Assembly (NCBI GenBank): GCA_003280605.1 | Contig: QCEM01000003.1 | Span: 24,210 to 88,209 of the forward strand | Length of the DNA: 64,000 nt | DNA from: SAR116 cluster bacterium AG-355-O21 | GTDB lineage: Bacteria; Pseudomonadota; Alphaproteobacteria; Thalassobaculales; Thalassobaculaceae | Direction of reading: 5' to 3' | Shown here: positions 17,494-26,516 of the stretch, piece by piece | How the letters are laid out: each line of letters begins with the position of its first letter | Numbering within the stretch: position 1 is the first letter of the stretch | Program-made: the position numbers and the translations under genes | Notes under the pieces: model-generated | The model's database searches: none | Seen by the model: the letters and a program-made list of their open reading frames with translations, nothing else | Told to the model about the DNA's origin: nothing

Positions 17494-18452
17494 GCGGAAC
17501 ATTAAAAGCCTTTATCGATCTTGCTCCACAATTATCCCATTTCCAGGATGATGTTTTGAGCGGCCTATCGGCAACCCCGAAAACCGCCTCGGCGAAATTT
17601 TTTTACGACAGCGAAGGCTCGCGGTTGTTTGACCAAATTTGCACCCTCGAGGCGTATTACCAGACGCGCACCGAATGCGGTATCCTGGCTGATCAAGCAG
17701 AGGTTTTTCGCCAAAGCCTGCCGGCAAAAGCTGCCGTCATCGAGTTCGGCAGCGGCAGCGATCAAAAGATTAACTTGCTGACCGCCGCACTGCCAAGTGT
17801 CAGCGCCTATGTCCCCATCGATATCTCCAAACAATACCTGATCGATACGGCGTCCAACTTCGCCGCCAATAAGCCGGAAATCGCGGTTAGTGCCATTTGC
17901 GCCGATTTCATGCAGCACATCGATCTCAATCAGATTGTAACCGATGAGCCGCGCATTGGATTTTTCCCGGGCTCAACAATCGGCAATTTAAATCCGCCGG
18001 AAGCCATGCAGTTTCTGCGGAACGCTGCGAAAACGCTTGGTGCCGGAGGGTATTTCGTCATTGGTGTGGATTTGAAAAAAGATCCACAGCGACTGATCGA
18101 CGCTTATGATGACGATCAGGGCGTTACGGCGGCCTTCAATCTTAACCTGCTGGCCCGTATCAACCGCGAACTTGACGGCACGTTCGAGAGCAGGTCGTTT
18201 CAACATAAAGTGGTCTATGTGAACGATCCCTGCCGGATCGAAATGCATCTGGAAAGCTGTGCCGAGCAAGAGGTTAAAATTGCTGGGCAGACGTTTCACT
18301 TCTCAAAGGGCGAGACAATTCACACTGAGAATTGTCACAAGTTCGAGATCAGCGAATTTCAAAAAATCGCCGCCGATGCCGGATTTATCGCCGAACAAGT
18401 CCTTACCGACCCAGGAAAATTGTTCAGCATCCATATTTTACGTGTGGCCTAA
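17490..18452 (+). CDS. egtD: L-histidine N-alpha-methyltransferase EgtD
   Basis: PKTASAKFFYDSEGSRLFDQICTLEAYYQTRTE and VIEFGSGSDQK are EgtD hallmarks. About 320 aa counted from GTG 17490; the track ORF from 17271 is an out-of-gene extension. Confidence 0.85.
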   Translation: MSGTLKAFIDLAPQLSHFQDDVLSGLSATPKTASAKFFYDSEGSRLFDQICTLEAYYQTRTECGILADQAEVFRQSLPAKAAVIEFGSGSDQKINLLTAALPSVSAYVPIDISKQYLIDTASNFAANKPEIAVSAICADFMQHIDLNQIVTDEPRIGFFPGSTIGNLNPPEAMQFLRNAAKTLGAGGYFVIGVDLKKDPQRLIDAYDDDQGVTAAFNLNLLARINRELDGTFESRSFQHKVVYVNDPCRIEMHLESCAEQEVKIAGQTFHFSKGETIHTENCHKFEISEFQKIAADAGFIAEQVLTDPGKLFSIHILRVA

Positions 18453-18686
18453 ACACACGGCGCAGGCTGCTTTGCCGGCACCGCCGCGATGGCAGATCGC
18501 GATCATATGTTTATTCATTAGTATACAATTATACATTAAATCCACGGACATGACGTCGCCAAGACCTTATCAACAAAGGCCAAACCAACGGCTTTTGACA
18601 GGCTATGCGATATCGTCGGTTTTGCTGCATATAGGGGTGACAAAGCTTAGCCGAATGAATGCATGGGGTAAGGGATTAACCACCCG

Positions 18687-20185
18687 ATGGCGACCAACAC
18701 CAGAAATGATACCGTTAACGCCTTAACCTATGGCGAGTTTGCACCATGTGATCGCTTTCAGGCCTGGAGCACAATGCCCGGCCAAGGTGCCACCGTTACC
18801 TTTAGGTTCATCGACGCGGCGCCGGAATACGCAGCCGACAGTAAGAAAAATGGCTTCGCGGCGCTGACAGATGCGCAAAAAGCACTGACTCGGCTGGCGT
18901 TTCAAGAATGGGCTGCGGTTGCAAATCTAACCTTTGTTGAAGTCAGTGACGATGGCGACGGCGGGCAGATTAGATTTGGACGAAACCACATCCAATCTGC
19001 AGGTGTGCTAGGCTATAGCTATACCCCACCGGCTGCTGGCCGCGACCATCACATCAACGGTGATGCCGCAGACGATATTTATCTAAATGCCAATAATGCG
19101 GCTTTCACGAATGCCGAACAGGGCAATTATGGATATTGGGTTTATGTGCGTGAAATCGGCCATTCACTCGGTCTGAAAGATCCAGGTAATTACGATAATG
19201 ACCCAGCAGATGGGCCCTTCTTACCTGACGCCGAGGATCACACCGGCAATACCATCATGTCGTATAACCCACAGAATAACGACGCCCCGGCAGAGGGCAG
19301 CTATAATGTCGGCGCCTATGATGCCTTGGCTGTTCAATACCTCTATGGCAGCCGTGACCCGGCCGGAACCCAGCTTGGAAATTTGCGATATGGCGATGAG
19401 CATGCTGAGCTTTTAATCGGCAGCTTTAGCGATGCCAATGTGCTGTGGGGACTGGGCGGCGATGACACCATCAGTGGTCGGGCCAGTGATGATTCGATCA
19501 TGGCCGGCGACGGCGATGATTCCATTATCGCAGGCGACGGCGACAAATCAACGCCGGCAATGACGGTAACGATACCATTCGCGGCGGTAACGGCGCCGGT
19601 AGTCTTGAAGGGGGTGCCGGCGCCGATCACTTGTTCGGTGACGATAGCGAGGGCGATTTTGCCTTGTATTGGGGCTCCAATGCCGGCGTGACCATTAACT
19701 TGTTAACGGGCCTGGCCGCTGACGGCGATGCGACCGGCGACACATTAACAAGCATCGAGGATTTAGAAGACTCCGAGCATACTGACCAATTCACCGGCGA
19801 CGACGGCCGCAACTATCTGCTTGGTCGTGGCGGCGATGATAAGCTGGTCGGCGGCGCCGCCAATGACTGACTTGACGGCGACCAGGGCGATGACATGGTT
19901 GATGGCGGCAGCGGCAATGACATCCTGCATGGCAATCGCGGATCGGATACGCTGACCGGCGTCAGCGGCGGCGATCAATTTCATTTTAGCAGCAATGGCG
20001 GCAGCGATATCGTTACGGATTTTAATCCTGATGATGGCGACCGATTGATTGTTTCAGACGCAATTATCGATGCACAACAAACAGTTGACGGCAACCTGCT
20101 GGTCACCTTAGAGAGCGCCCGCATCACATTGATCGGCGTGCAATTGGCCGACTGGGAAACACAGGGTGCAAGCTGGCTCCTGTAG
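18687..20185 (+). pseudogene. Serralysin-like (M10) domain + RTX calcium-binding repeat protein, disrupted
   Basis: Metzincin scaffold with Met-turn TIMSY, but the zinc motif reads REIGHSLGLKD instead of HEXXHXXGXXH. GGxGxD repeats continue in another frame after ~19545 (GDGDK/INAGNDGNDTIRGG). They then pass an in-frame TGA at 19868-19870 (GGAAND*LDGDQGDD). Confidence 0.7.
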
Positions 20186-20348
20186 TGGCTGACGCTGTCG
20201 CGCAATTGTCGGCGACTAAGCATGCCGGTACCAGCGTTCTACTTGCTGGCCGAAGAGTTTTCAGGACCATTTTTTACTATTGAAACAACCAAAGCTGTGA
20301 AATCCTTTAGCCGTGAGGACTCATCAACACCAAAAGGGAGCTTTGCCA

Positions 20349-20690
20349 ATGGTCATTACGATTGTCCAAATTCCCCGCACGGGGGCCAAACCGGACAAGA
20401 CCACGTCGATTGCCGGTGCCAGTAAAAGCGCGCCAATCTACCGGGATGTCGAAGGCCTAATCCGTAAGGATTTCCTGAACGGCGAAGACAGCGGCGGCGG
20501 CGTCTATCTCTGGGAAAGCCGTGCGGCTGCAGAAGCCTGGTTTAATGATGACTGGTGGGGATGGATCGAGGCCCGTTTTGGTGCCCGCCCAACCTTGATC
20601 TATTTTGATCATTACCTGACCGTCGACAACGCGAAAGGTGAAGTTCGGGTTGATAACGTTGCCGTCGACATTGCCGCTGCCGCAGAATAG
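20349..20690 (+). CDS. YdhR-like putative monooxygenase (dimeric alpha/beta barrel)
   Basis: SD AGGGAG upstream of ATG 20349. GGGVYLWESRAAAEAWF resembles E. coli YdhR AGGIYLFTDEKSALAYL. Confidence 0.55.
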   Translation: MVITIVQIPRTGAKPDKTTSIAGASKSAPIYRDVEGLIRKDFLNGEDSGGGVYLWESRAAAEAWFNDDWWGWIEARFGARPTLIYFDHYLTVDNAKGEVRVDNVAVDIAAAAE

Positions 20691-20767
20691 CAGCGGCGAT
20701 TGTCTGCCGGTCAGGTCACGATAACAGCTCACGGGCAGGCCTGAACCGGCGCCTGCCTGCGATCCGG

Positions 20768-22462
20768 CTATGCGCTGGCCTTAACGGTTAGGCCAAGCTC
20801 CGTGATCATCTGCTCGCGCATCACAAACTTCTGAATCTTACCTGTCACCGTCATCGGGAAACTGTCGACAAAGCGGATATAACGGGGAATCTTATAATGG
20901 GCGATTTGACCCTGACAAAACTCCCTAACCGCAGCCTCATCTAATGTAGCGCCGTCAACCACAGTAATCCAGGCACAAAGCTCCTCGACAAATTTATCAT
21001 CCGGAACCCCAAACACTTGCACATCGCTGATGTTGGGATGGCGGTATAAATATTCTTCAATCTCACGCGGGTAAATATTCTCGCCGCCACGGATCACCAT
21101 ATCCTTGACCCGGCCGACAATGTTGAAAAAACCGTCGCTGTCCATAGTTGCAAGATCGCCTGTATGCATCCAGCCGGCACGGTCAATAGCTTCGGCGGAG
21201 CGCTCACTGTCATCCCAATAGCCCTGCATGACATTATAGCCGCGGGCCAATAACTCGCCGGTAACGCCAGGCGCAACGATGCGGCCGTCATCATCTATAA
21301 TCTTCGCTTCAACATGCGGGAAAACGCGGCCCACGGATGCGACCTGTTTTTCAATCGGATCGTCGGTATCACTAAGCGTAATAATCGGACTGGTTTCAGT
21401 CATCCCATAGCCGATAATCATCTCCGAGCAATTCATCTCATGGACAACTTTTTTCATCACTTCGATCGGGCAGGGTGAACCCGCCATGATGCCGGTGCGC
21501 AGCGATGACAGATTGAAGTCACTGAACCGCGGATGGGCGAGGACGGCGATAAACATTGTCGGCACACCGTGTAACGCAGTGCAGGCCTCCTCGTGGACAG
21601 CTTCCAGAACGCTTAACGGCTCAAATGCTTCAGCTGGATAAACCAACGCCCCGCCATGGCTTAACACCGCAATGTTTGAAAGTACCATGCCGAAGCAGTG
21701 ATACAGCGGTACCGGCACACACAACCGGTCCTCGGCTGTGAATTTCAATCCTAGACCTGTGAAATACCCGTTATTCAGCAGGTTGAAATGGGTCAGCGTG
21801 GCGCCTTTTGGAAAACCTGTGGTGCCGCTGGTGAATTGAATGTTAATGGGGTCGTCAAATTGTAAGCTCGCTGCCAACTCTACCAGCTTTTGCCGCTCGG
21901 CGGCGCCGCCGTGTGCGGCAATATCACTGAAGTCAAAAAACCCGGCGATGGCGGCGCCAGCAATTTTAATGACCGTTTCAAGAGCCGGCAGGCGGGCGCT
22001 TTTCAAAGCCCCCGGCGGGCAATCATCAATTTCTGGCGCCAGCTCACCGACCATGGCGACATAGTCGCTGGACTTAAAAGCCGCTGCCAAAATCAGGGCT
22101 TTGCAGCCAACCTTGTTTAACGCGTATTCTAATTCCGAGACACGATAGGCAGGGTTGATGTTGACCAGGATAAGACCTGCTTTGGCGGTGGCATATTGTG
22201 TCACCAACCATTCCGCATTATTCGGCGACCAAATCCCGATGCGGTCACCAGGTTGCAAACCAAGACCTAAGAGACCGGCGGCAACAGCGTCAACTTCACG
22301 TTGCAGGTCACGATATGTCCAACGAATGTTTTGATGGCGGACAATCAAAGCATCACGATCCGCCCACTTGGTTGCGGCATTATCGAAATTCACACCGATG
22401 GTTTGCCCTAAAAGCAAACGGTCGCTGGCACCATGCGCATAACTTTGGGTAAACATGTTCAT
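20768..22462 (-). CDS. AMP-binding acyl-CoA synthetase/ligase
   Basis: AMP-binding signature IQFTSGTTGFPKGA, plus GYGMTE and GWMHTGD. 564 aa. Confidence 0.85.
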   Translation of the reverse strand: MNMFTQSYAHGASDRLLLGQTIGVNFDNAATKWADRDALIVRHQNIRWTYRDLQREVDAVAAGLLGLGLQPGDRIGIWSPNNAEWLVTQYATAKAGLILVNINPAYRVSELEYALNKVGCKALILAAAFKSSDYVAMVGELAPEIDDCPPGALKSARLPALETVIKIAGAAIAGFFDFSDIAAHGGAAERQKLVELAASLQFDDPINIQFTSGTTGFPKGATLTHFNLLNNGYFTGLGLKFTAEDRLCVPVPLYHCFGMVLSNIAVLSHGGALVYPAEAFEPLSVLEAVHEEACTALHGVPTMFIAVLAHPRFSDFNLSSLRTGIMAGSPCPIEVMKKVVHEMNCSEMIIGYGMTETSPIITLSDTDDPIEKQVASVGRVFPHVEAKIIDDDGRIVAPGVTGELLARGYNVMQGYWDDSERSAEAIDRAGWMHTGDLATMDSDGFFNIVGRVKDMVIRGGENIYPREIEEYLYRHPNISDVQVFGVPDDKFVEELCAWITVVDGATLDEAAVREFCQGQIAHYKIPRYIRFVDSFPMTVTGKIQKFVMREQMITELGLTVKASA

Positions 22463-22546
22463 CCCTGCTCTAATACGTATTTTCTATATTTTAGCCATAA
22501 AGCTAGCGGCCTGCGCAGATTTTACAAAGCTTCAAATCCCATTGCG

Positions 22547-22741
22547 ATGACAATTTACACATCACAATCGGCCTTGGTCGGCCGCACCGCCACGGCAGAT
22601 AATATTGGCGCGGTGATGGGTGTTTACGGCGCTTTGCGCAATCTTGGCAAAATTACCGGACCGATCATCATCGGTGGTGTGCTCGAAAGCGGCGCCCTAG
22701 GCTTTTTGACCCTGTTCCAATTCCTGACGGTTTTTTGCTGA
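22547..22741 (+). pseudogene. C-terminal remnant of an MFS transporter
   Basis: ALVGRTATADNIGAVMGVYGALRNLGKITGPIIIGGVL looks like the TM10-12 region of an MFS protein. No upstream transporter body is present. Confidence 0.4.
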
Positions 22742-22772
22742 TTGTCGCCGTCGTATATGCCGCCCGGCGGCG

Positions 22773-23777
22773 TTAAACCTGCAGCACGATTTTGCCGAAA
22801 TGCTGTTGACTTTGCATGGCATGGAATGCTGCCGGGGCGGCATCAAACGCAAACTGCTGATCAAGCACCGGCTTGATGGCATGATGCTCGATAGCGCGGT
22901 TCATATCCTCAAACATCCGCCGCGAGCCAACATAAATACCTTGCAAATGGATTGACTTCCGCATCACCCGCGCCGGATTAAAATCACCTTGCGAGAGCAC
23001 CCCGATCATGCCGACCGTGCCGCCCACGCGGGTTGCTTCAACCGACCGCGAAACCGTCCCCGGGCCGCCCACCTCAACAGTGACGTCAACCCCGACACCT
23101 GCCGTTAACGCCTGCACGGCTTGGTCCCAGTCAGGGGTGGTTTTATAGTTGATCAGATGATGGGCGCCCATGGCTTTGGCACGGGCAAGTTTGTCATCGG
23201 CTGAGGAAGTGATGAACACTTCGGCGCCGGCGGCGACGGCAAATTGCAGAGCGAAAATGGACACCCCACCGGTGCCCAGCAGCAATACCCGATCACCGGC
23301 TTTAATCGGGTTAACTTCAAACAGCGCATGCCATGCGGTCAAGGCGGCGCATGGCAATGTTGCCGCTTCAGCGGCGGAATAGCCTTTCGGCATCGCCACC
23401 ACGCCATCGGCACTTAAAATGACCTCTTCACTTAAAACCCCATCGAGGGCGCCGCCAAGGGCGCTATCCATCGCGGCCTGCGTGATCACGCCATCGCTCC
23501 AGGCGCGGAAAAAACACGAGGCAACCTGATCGCCTTCACGCCACCCCGTCACCCCCGCGCCAACGGCTGTGATGGTCCCGGCACCGTCGGAATTTGGCAC
23601 CCTTGGATAGGGCAGATTGCGCCCACCCGGATCTTTGACCGTCATCAGGTCACGATAATTTAACGATGATGCGGCAAGCCGGGCGCGCACTTCGCCGGGG
23701 CCCGGTTCAGGCGTTGGAATATCAGCCAAATGCAGGGCATCAATGCCGCCATCGGAAACAATTTGCCACGCTTTCAT
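22773..23777 (-). CDS. Medium-chain (zinc-type/quinone) NAD(P)-dependent oxidoreductase
   Basis: MDR pattern: GEVRARLAASSLNYRD and GDRVLLLGTGGVSIFALQFA. 334 aa. Confidence 0.8.
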   Translation of the reverse strand: MKAWQIVSDGGIDALHLADIPTPEPGPGEVRARLAASSLNYRDLMTVKDPGGRNLPYPRVPNSDGAGTITAVGAGVTGWREGDQVASCFFRAWSDGVITQAAMDSALGGALDGVLSEEVILSADGVVAMPKGYSAAEAATLPCAALTAWHALFEVNPIKAGDRVLLLGTGGVSIFALQFAVAAGAEVFITSSADDKLARAKAMGAHHLINYKTTPDWDQAVQALTAGVGVDVTVEVGGPGTVSRSVEATRVGGTVGMIGVLSQGDFNPARVMRKSIHLQGIYVGSRRMFEDMNRAIEHHAIKPVLDQQFAFDAAPAAFHAMQSQQHFGKIVLQV

Positions 23778-23892
23778 ACTTCATCCCTCTTAATGCCCAG
23801 GCGACCAAATTCGCCTATTCTTTGTGCCAAGACGCACACTCAATCCATTTAACAGACCACCTTGTGGCCAGCTGCGCCAAGCTGGCCGGTGG

Positions 23893-24867
23893 TCAAGCTG
23901 CCCACACGTCACCTAAAAACCGTAACCAGTTTTCGCCCAAAACCCGGCGGATCCGGGTTTCCTGCCAACCGGCATGTTCCATGGCCGGGATGAAGTTACC
24001 GAACTCACCCATGCTGGCAAGTCCCTTCGGCATTGGCGGCACCGCTTTAAAGGGCGGGGTCGTTGGCCGACCGGTCCCTTTGTCGAGCGTCAAATAATCG
24101 TAAAACGCAACATCTTGATCCTGCACCCAATCGGTGCCAATGCCGACACTTTCCTCGCCAATCAGGTTAATCAAGTAATCCATCGCGGCAACGCAATCAT
24201 CAATGGTGGTGTCATCGCCTTTCGGCAAAAACGGCGTATAGCTGGCAAAGCCGACAAACCCGCCGCGATCGGCAACGGCCCGCAGTTGCGCGTCGGTCTT
24301 ATTGCGAGCGTGTTCTTTCAGCATCGGGCAGCAATGAGTATAGGCCACAGGCATTTTAGAATGCGCAATCGCCTCGGCAGACGTGACCGGTCCCACATGC
24401 GAGAGGTCGATTAAGATGCCAAGCTGGTTCATTTCATCAATCGCATGGCGGCCAAAATCCGACAGCCCGCTATCGCGGCTTTCCCAGCATCCCGAACCGA
24501 TGAGGTTTTGCGTATTATAGGTCAACTGCATGACCCGCACCCCTAAGGCGTGGAAAAGACGCAGATTGCCGATGTCATTGTCGATGGCGCTGGTATTCTG
24601 CCAACCTAAAATAATACCAACCTTGCCGGCCGCCTTGGCGGCATGGATATCGGCAATGGTGTGCACCGGCATGATCAAATCGCCATGGCTTTCAAACCAT
24701 GCCAACCACTGCGAAACATTCGCCATGGTTTGACGAAAATCATGCCAAACCGAGCAGGTGCAATTGACCGCCGTGATTCCACCTTTCGCCATGTCTTCAA
24801 AAAGTGCTCGCGAGAATTTAGCAATCACCAGACCATCAATTATGATCGCATCATCATATTTCGACAT
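23893..24867 (-). CDS. Membrane-dipeptidase family (M19) dipeptidase
   Basis: IIIDGL..VNCT, MQLTYNTQN, LIDLSHV and IGTDW are typical of M19 renal-dipeptidase-like enzymes. Confidence 0.8.
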   Translation of the reverse strand: MSKYDDAIIIDGLVIAKFSRALFEDMAKGGITAVNCTCSVWHDFRQTMANVSQWLAWFESHGDLIMPVHTIADIHAAKAAGKVGIILGWQNTSAIDNDIGNLRLFHALGVRVMQLTYNTQNLIGSGCWESRDSGLSDFGRHAIDEMNQLGILIDLSHVGPVTSAEAIAHSKMPVAYTHCCPMLKEHARNKTDAQLRAVADRGGFVGFASYTPFLPKGDDTTIDDCVAAMDYLINLIGEESVGIGTDWVQDQDVAFYDYLTLDKGTGRPTTPPFKAVPPMPKGLASMGEFGNFIPAMEHAGWQETRIRRVLGENWLRFLGDVWAA

Positions 24868-25041
24868 TTATCCGCTCCCCGTAGCCCGCCACTGCCCAGA
24901 CAAATAAGATTAAAGACCAGATTCGGCGCTTTGAGAAGCATCGCTGTGCTTGACAAGCAGGATTGTGCGGCGTCCGATAGGTTTCTGACGGACGTTCGGA
25001 ACTTTCGTTCGGAGCGAGATTCATTTTCAAAGGGGCGAGAT

Positions 25042-26505
25042 ATGAGCGACCAGGCGCGCGATCAATGTGATTTATTATTCGCTGGCGGCGAGGTAATTGA
25101 TGGCAGTGGCAGCCGCCGCCAACGGGCCGATGTCGCCGTTACCGATGACCGTATCGTCGCCATTGGCGATCTTGCCGATTGGCATGCCGGCCGCAAAATT
25201 GATGTCACCGGCAAGGTTGTGGCGCCAGGCTTCATTGATGTGCACACCCATGATGACTACGCACTTTTAGCAAAGCCCGACATGGATATGAAAGTTAGCC
25301 AAGGGGTGACCAGCGTTGTGGTCGGCAATTGTGGCTTTTCCTTGGCACCATTGAGCTTCACCGAAATGCAGCCTGGCCTGGCCTTACTTGGAGATGAAGA
25401 AGCTTTTCGCTTTCCGACGGTAAGCACCTTCATTGGTGCCGTCGACGACGCCCCGCCCGCCCTCAACGCGGTCTTCTTGGTTGGTCATTCAACGCTGCGT
25501 TTTGGGGCCTTGGATCGAACCGACCGGGCGGCGACGGCTGATGAAATCAAAGTGATGCGTGATCGCCTGGAAGAAGGTTTAAAAGCCGGGGCAACGGGCC
25601 TGTCGACAGGTTTGTTCTATGACCCGGCACGCGAAGCACCAACATCGGAAGTGATCGAAATTGGCAAAGTGTTGCAGGATTATGGTGCCCGCTATGTTAC
25701 CCATATGCGCGATGAAGCAGAAGGGGTGATGGACAGTTTAGAGGAAACATTCACCATTGGCCGTGAATGCCATAGCCGCGCGATTGTTTCACATCACAAG
25801 GTGATGGGTGGTCAAAATGGTGGCCGCAGCATTGAAACACTGGCCTGTATTGACCACCATTGCCAACATCAACCAATCGGCTTCGATGTCTATCCCTATG
25901 CGGCGGGATCGACCATCTTGAAGGCCGATATGTTGGCCAACTCCACGCGGGTGCTGATCACATGGTCACAAGCCACACCGGAGGCGGGGGGCCGTGATCT
26001 CACTGATATCGCCGCTGAAATGGGCTGTGATATTTATGACGCCGCCGAACGCCTGCAACCGGCAGGAGCGATTTATTTCTCCATGGATGAAGCTGATGTG
26101 CAGCGGATCTTATCGCATCCAAACGCCATGATCGGGTCTGACGGCTTACCTTTTGACGCGCATCCACATCCCAGACTTTGGGGCACCTTCCCACGGGTGC
26201 TGGGACATTATTCACGTGACCTTGGCTTGTTCTCTTTAGAGGAAGCTGTCCGCCGCATGACCAGTTTATCGGCGGCACAATTTGACATGGTCGACCGCGG
26301 CACGCTGAAAACCGGTTACTTTGCCGATATCACCGTTTTTGATCCGGCAACGGTGATCGATACCGCCAGCTTTGAAAAACCAATTCAAGCCGCTGCCGGC
26401 ATCGCCCATGTGTTTGTCAATGGCCGCGAGGTGTGGGCCCATGGCCAAGGCACCGGCAACCGACCTGGCCGAGCCTTGCGTCATGGCCATGCGGTGGCGG
26501 CTTAA
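25042..26505 (+). CDS. N-acyl-D-amino-acid deacylase (D-aminoacylase) family amidohydrolase
   Basis: DLLFAGGEVIDGSG..DVAVTDDRIVAIGDL..GKVVAPGFIDVHTHDD and SDGLP..HPRLWGTFPRVL. The start was chosen at the ATG with an AGGGG SD; the track ORF from 24643 overlaps the dipeptidase gene. Confidence 0.85.
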   Translation: MSDQARDQCDLLFAGGEVIDGSGSRRQRADVAVTDDRIVAIGDLADWHAGRKIDVTGKVVAPGFIDVHTHDDYALLAKPDMDMKVSQGVTSVVVGNCGFSLAPLSFTEMQPGLALLGDEEAFRFPTVSTFIGAVDDAPPALNAVFLVGHSTLRFGALDRTDRAATADEIKVMRDRLEEGLKAGATGLSTGLFYDPAREAPTSEVIEIGKVLQDYGARYVTHMRDEAEGVMDSLEETFTIGRECHSRAIVSHHKVMGGQNGGRSIETLACIDHHCQHQPIGFDVYPYAAGSTILKADMLANSTRVLITWSQATPEAGGRDLTDIAAEMGCDIYDAAERLQPAGAIYFSMDEADVQRILSHPNAMIGSDGLPFDAHPHPRLWGTFPRVLGHYSRDLGLFSLEEAVRRMTSLSAAQFDMVDRGTLKTGYFADITVFDPATVIDTASFEKPIQAAAGIAHVFVNGREVWAHGQGTGNRPGRALRHGHAVAA

Positions 26506-26516
26506 ACCGCCACCGC
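26491..26516. terminator. GC-rich palindrome spanning the overlapping stop codons of two convergent genes (possible bidirectional terminator)
   Basis: GCGGTGGCGG-cTTAAa-CCGCCACCGC, with 10-bp perfect arms. TAA of the + gene and TAA of the - gene share the central TTAA. There is no U-run. Confidence 0.35.

Noticed and set aside
2-18452. A SelD homologue and an EgtB homologue in one window might form a selenoneine (senABC-like) pathway.
   Set aside because: The two genes are about 15 kb apart. selD is coupled to selU, and egtB is coupled (GTGA overlap) to egtD. No SenB-like selenosugar synthase or glycosyltransferase lies between them.
19868-19870. In-frame TGA in the RTX repeats could be recoded as Sec or Trp, given selD and selU in the same window.
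   Set aside because: Other genes in the window plainly terminate at TGA (for example egtB at 17491-17493 and the amidase at 8435-8437). No selA/selB or SECIS-like hairpin is visible. The same gene also carries a frameshift and a damaged zinc motif. A nonsense mutation is the simpler reading.
24643-25041. 5' extensions of track ORFs: 24643 for the D-aminoacylase, 17271 for egtD, 3478 for the SOUL protein, 44119 for RraA and 46441 for hldD.
   Set aside because: The extensions overlap neighbouring genes or lack homology-like sequence. Internal starts with Shine-Dalgarno sequences and canonical N-termini fit better.
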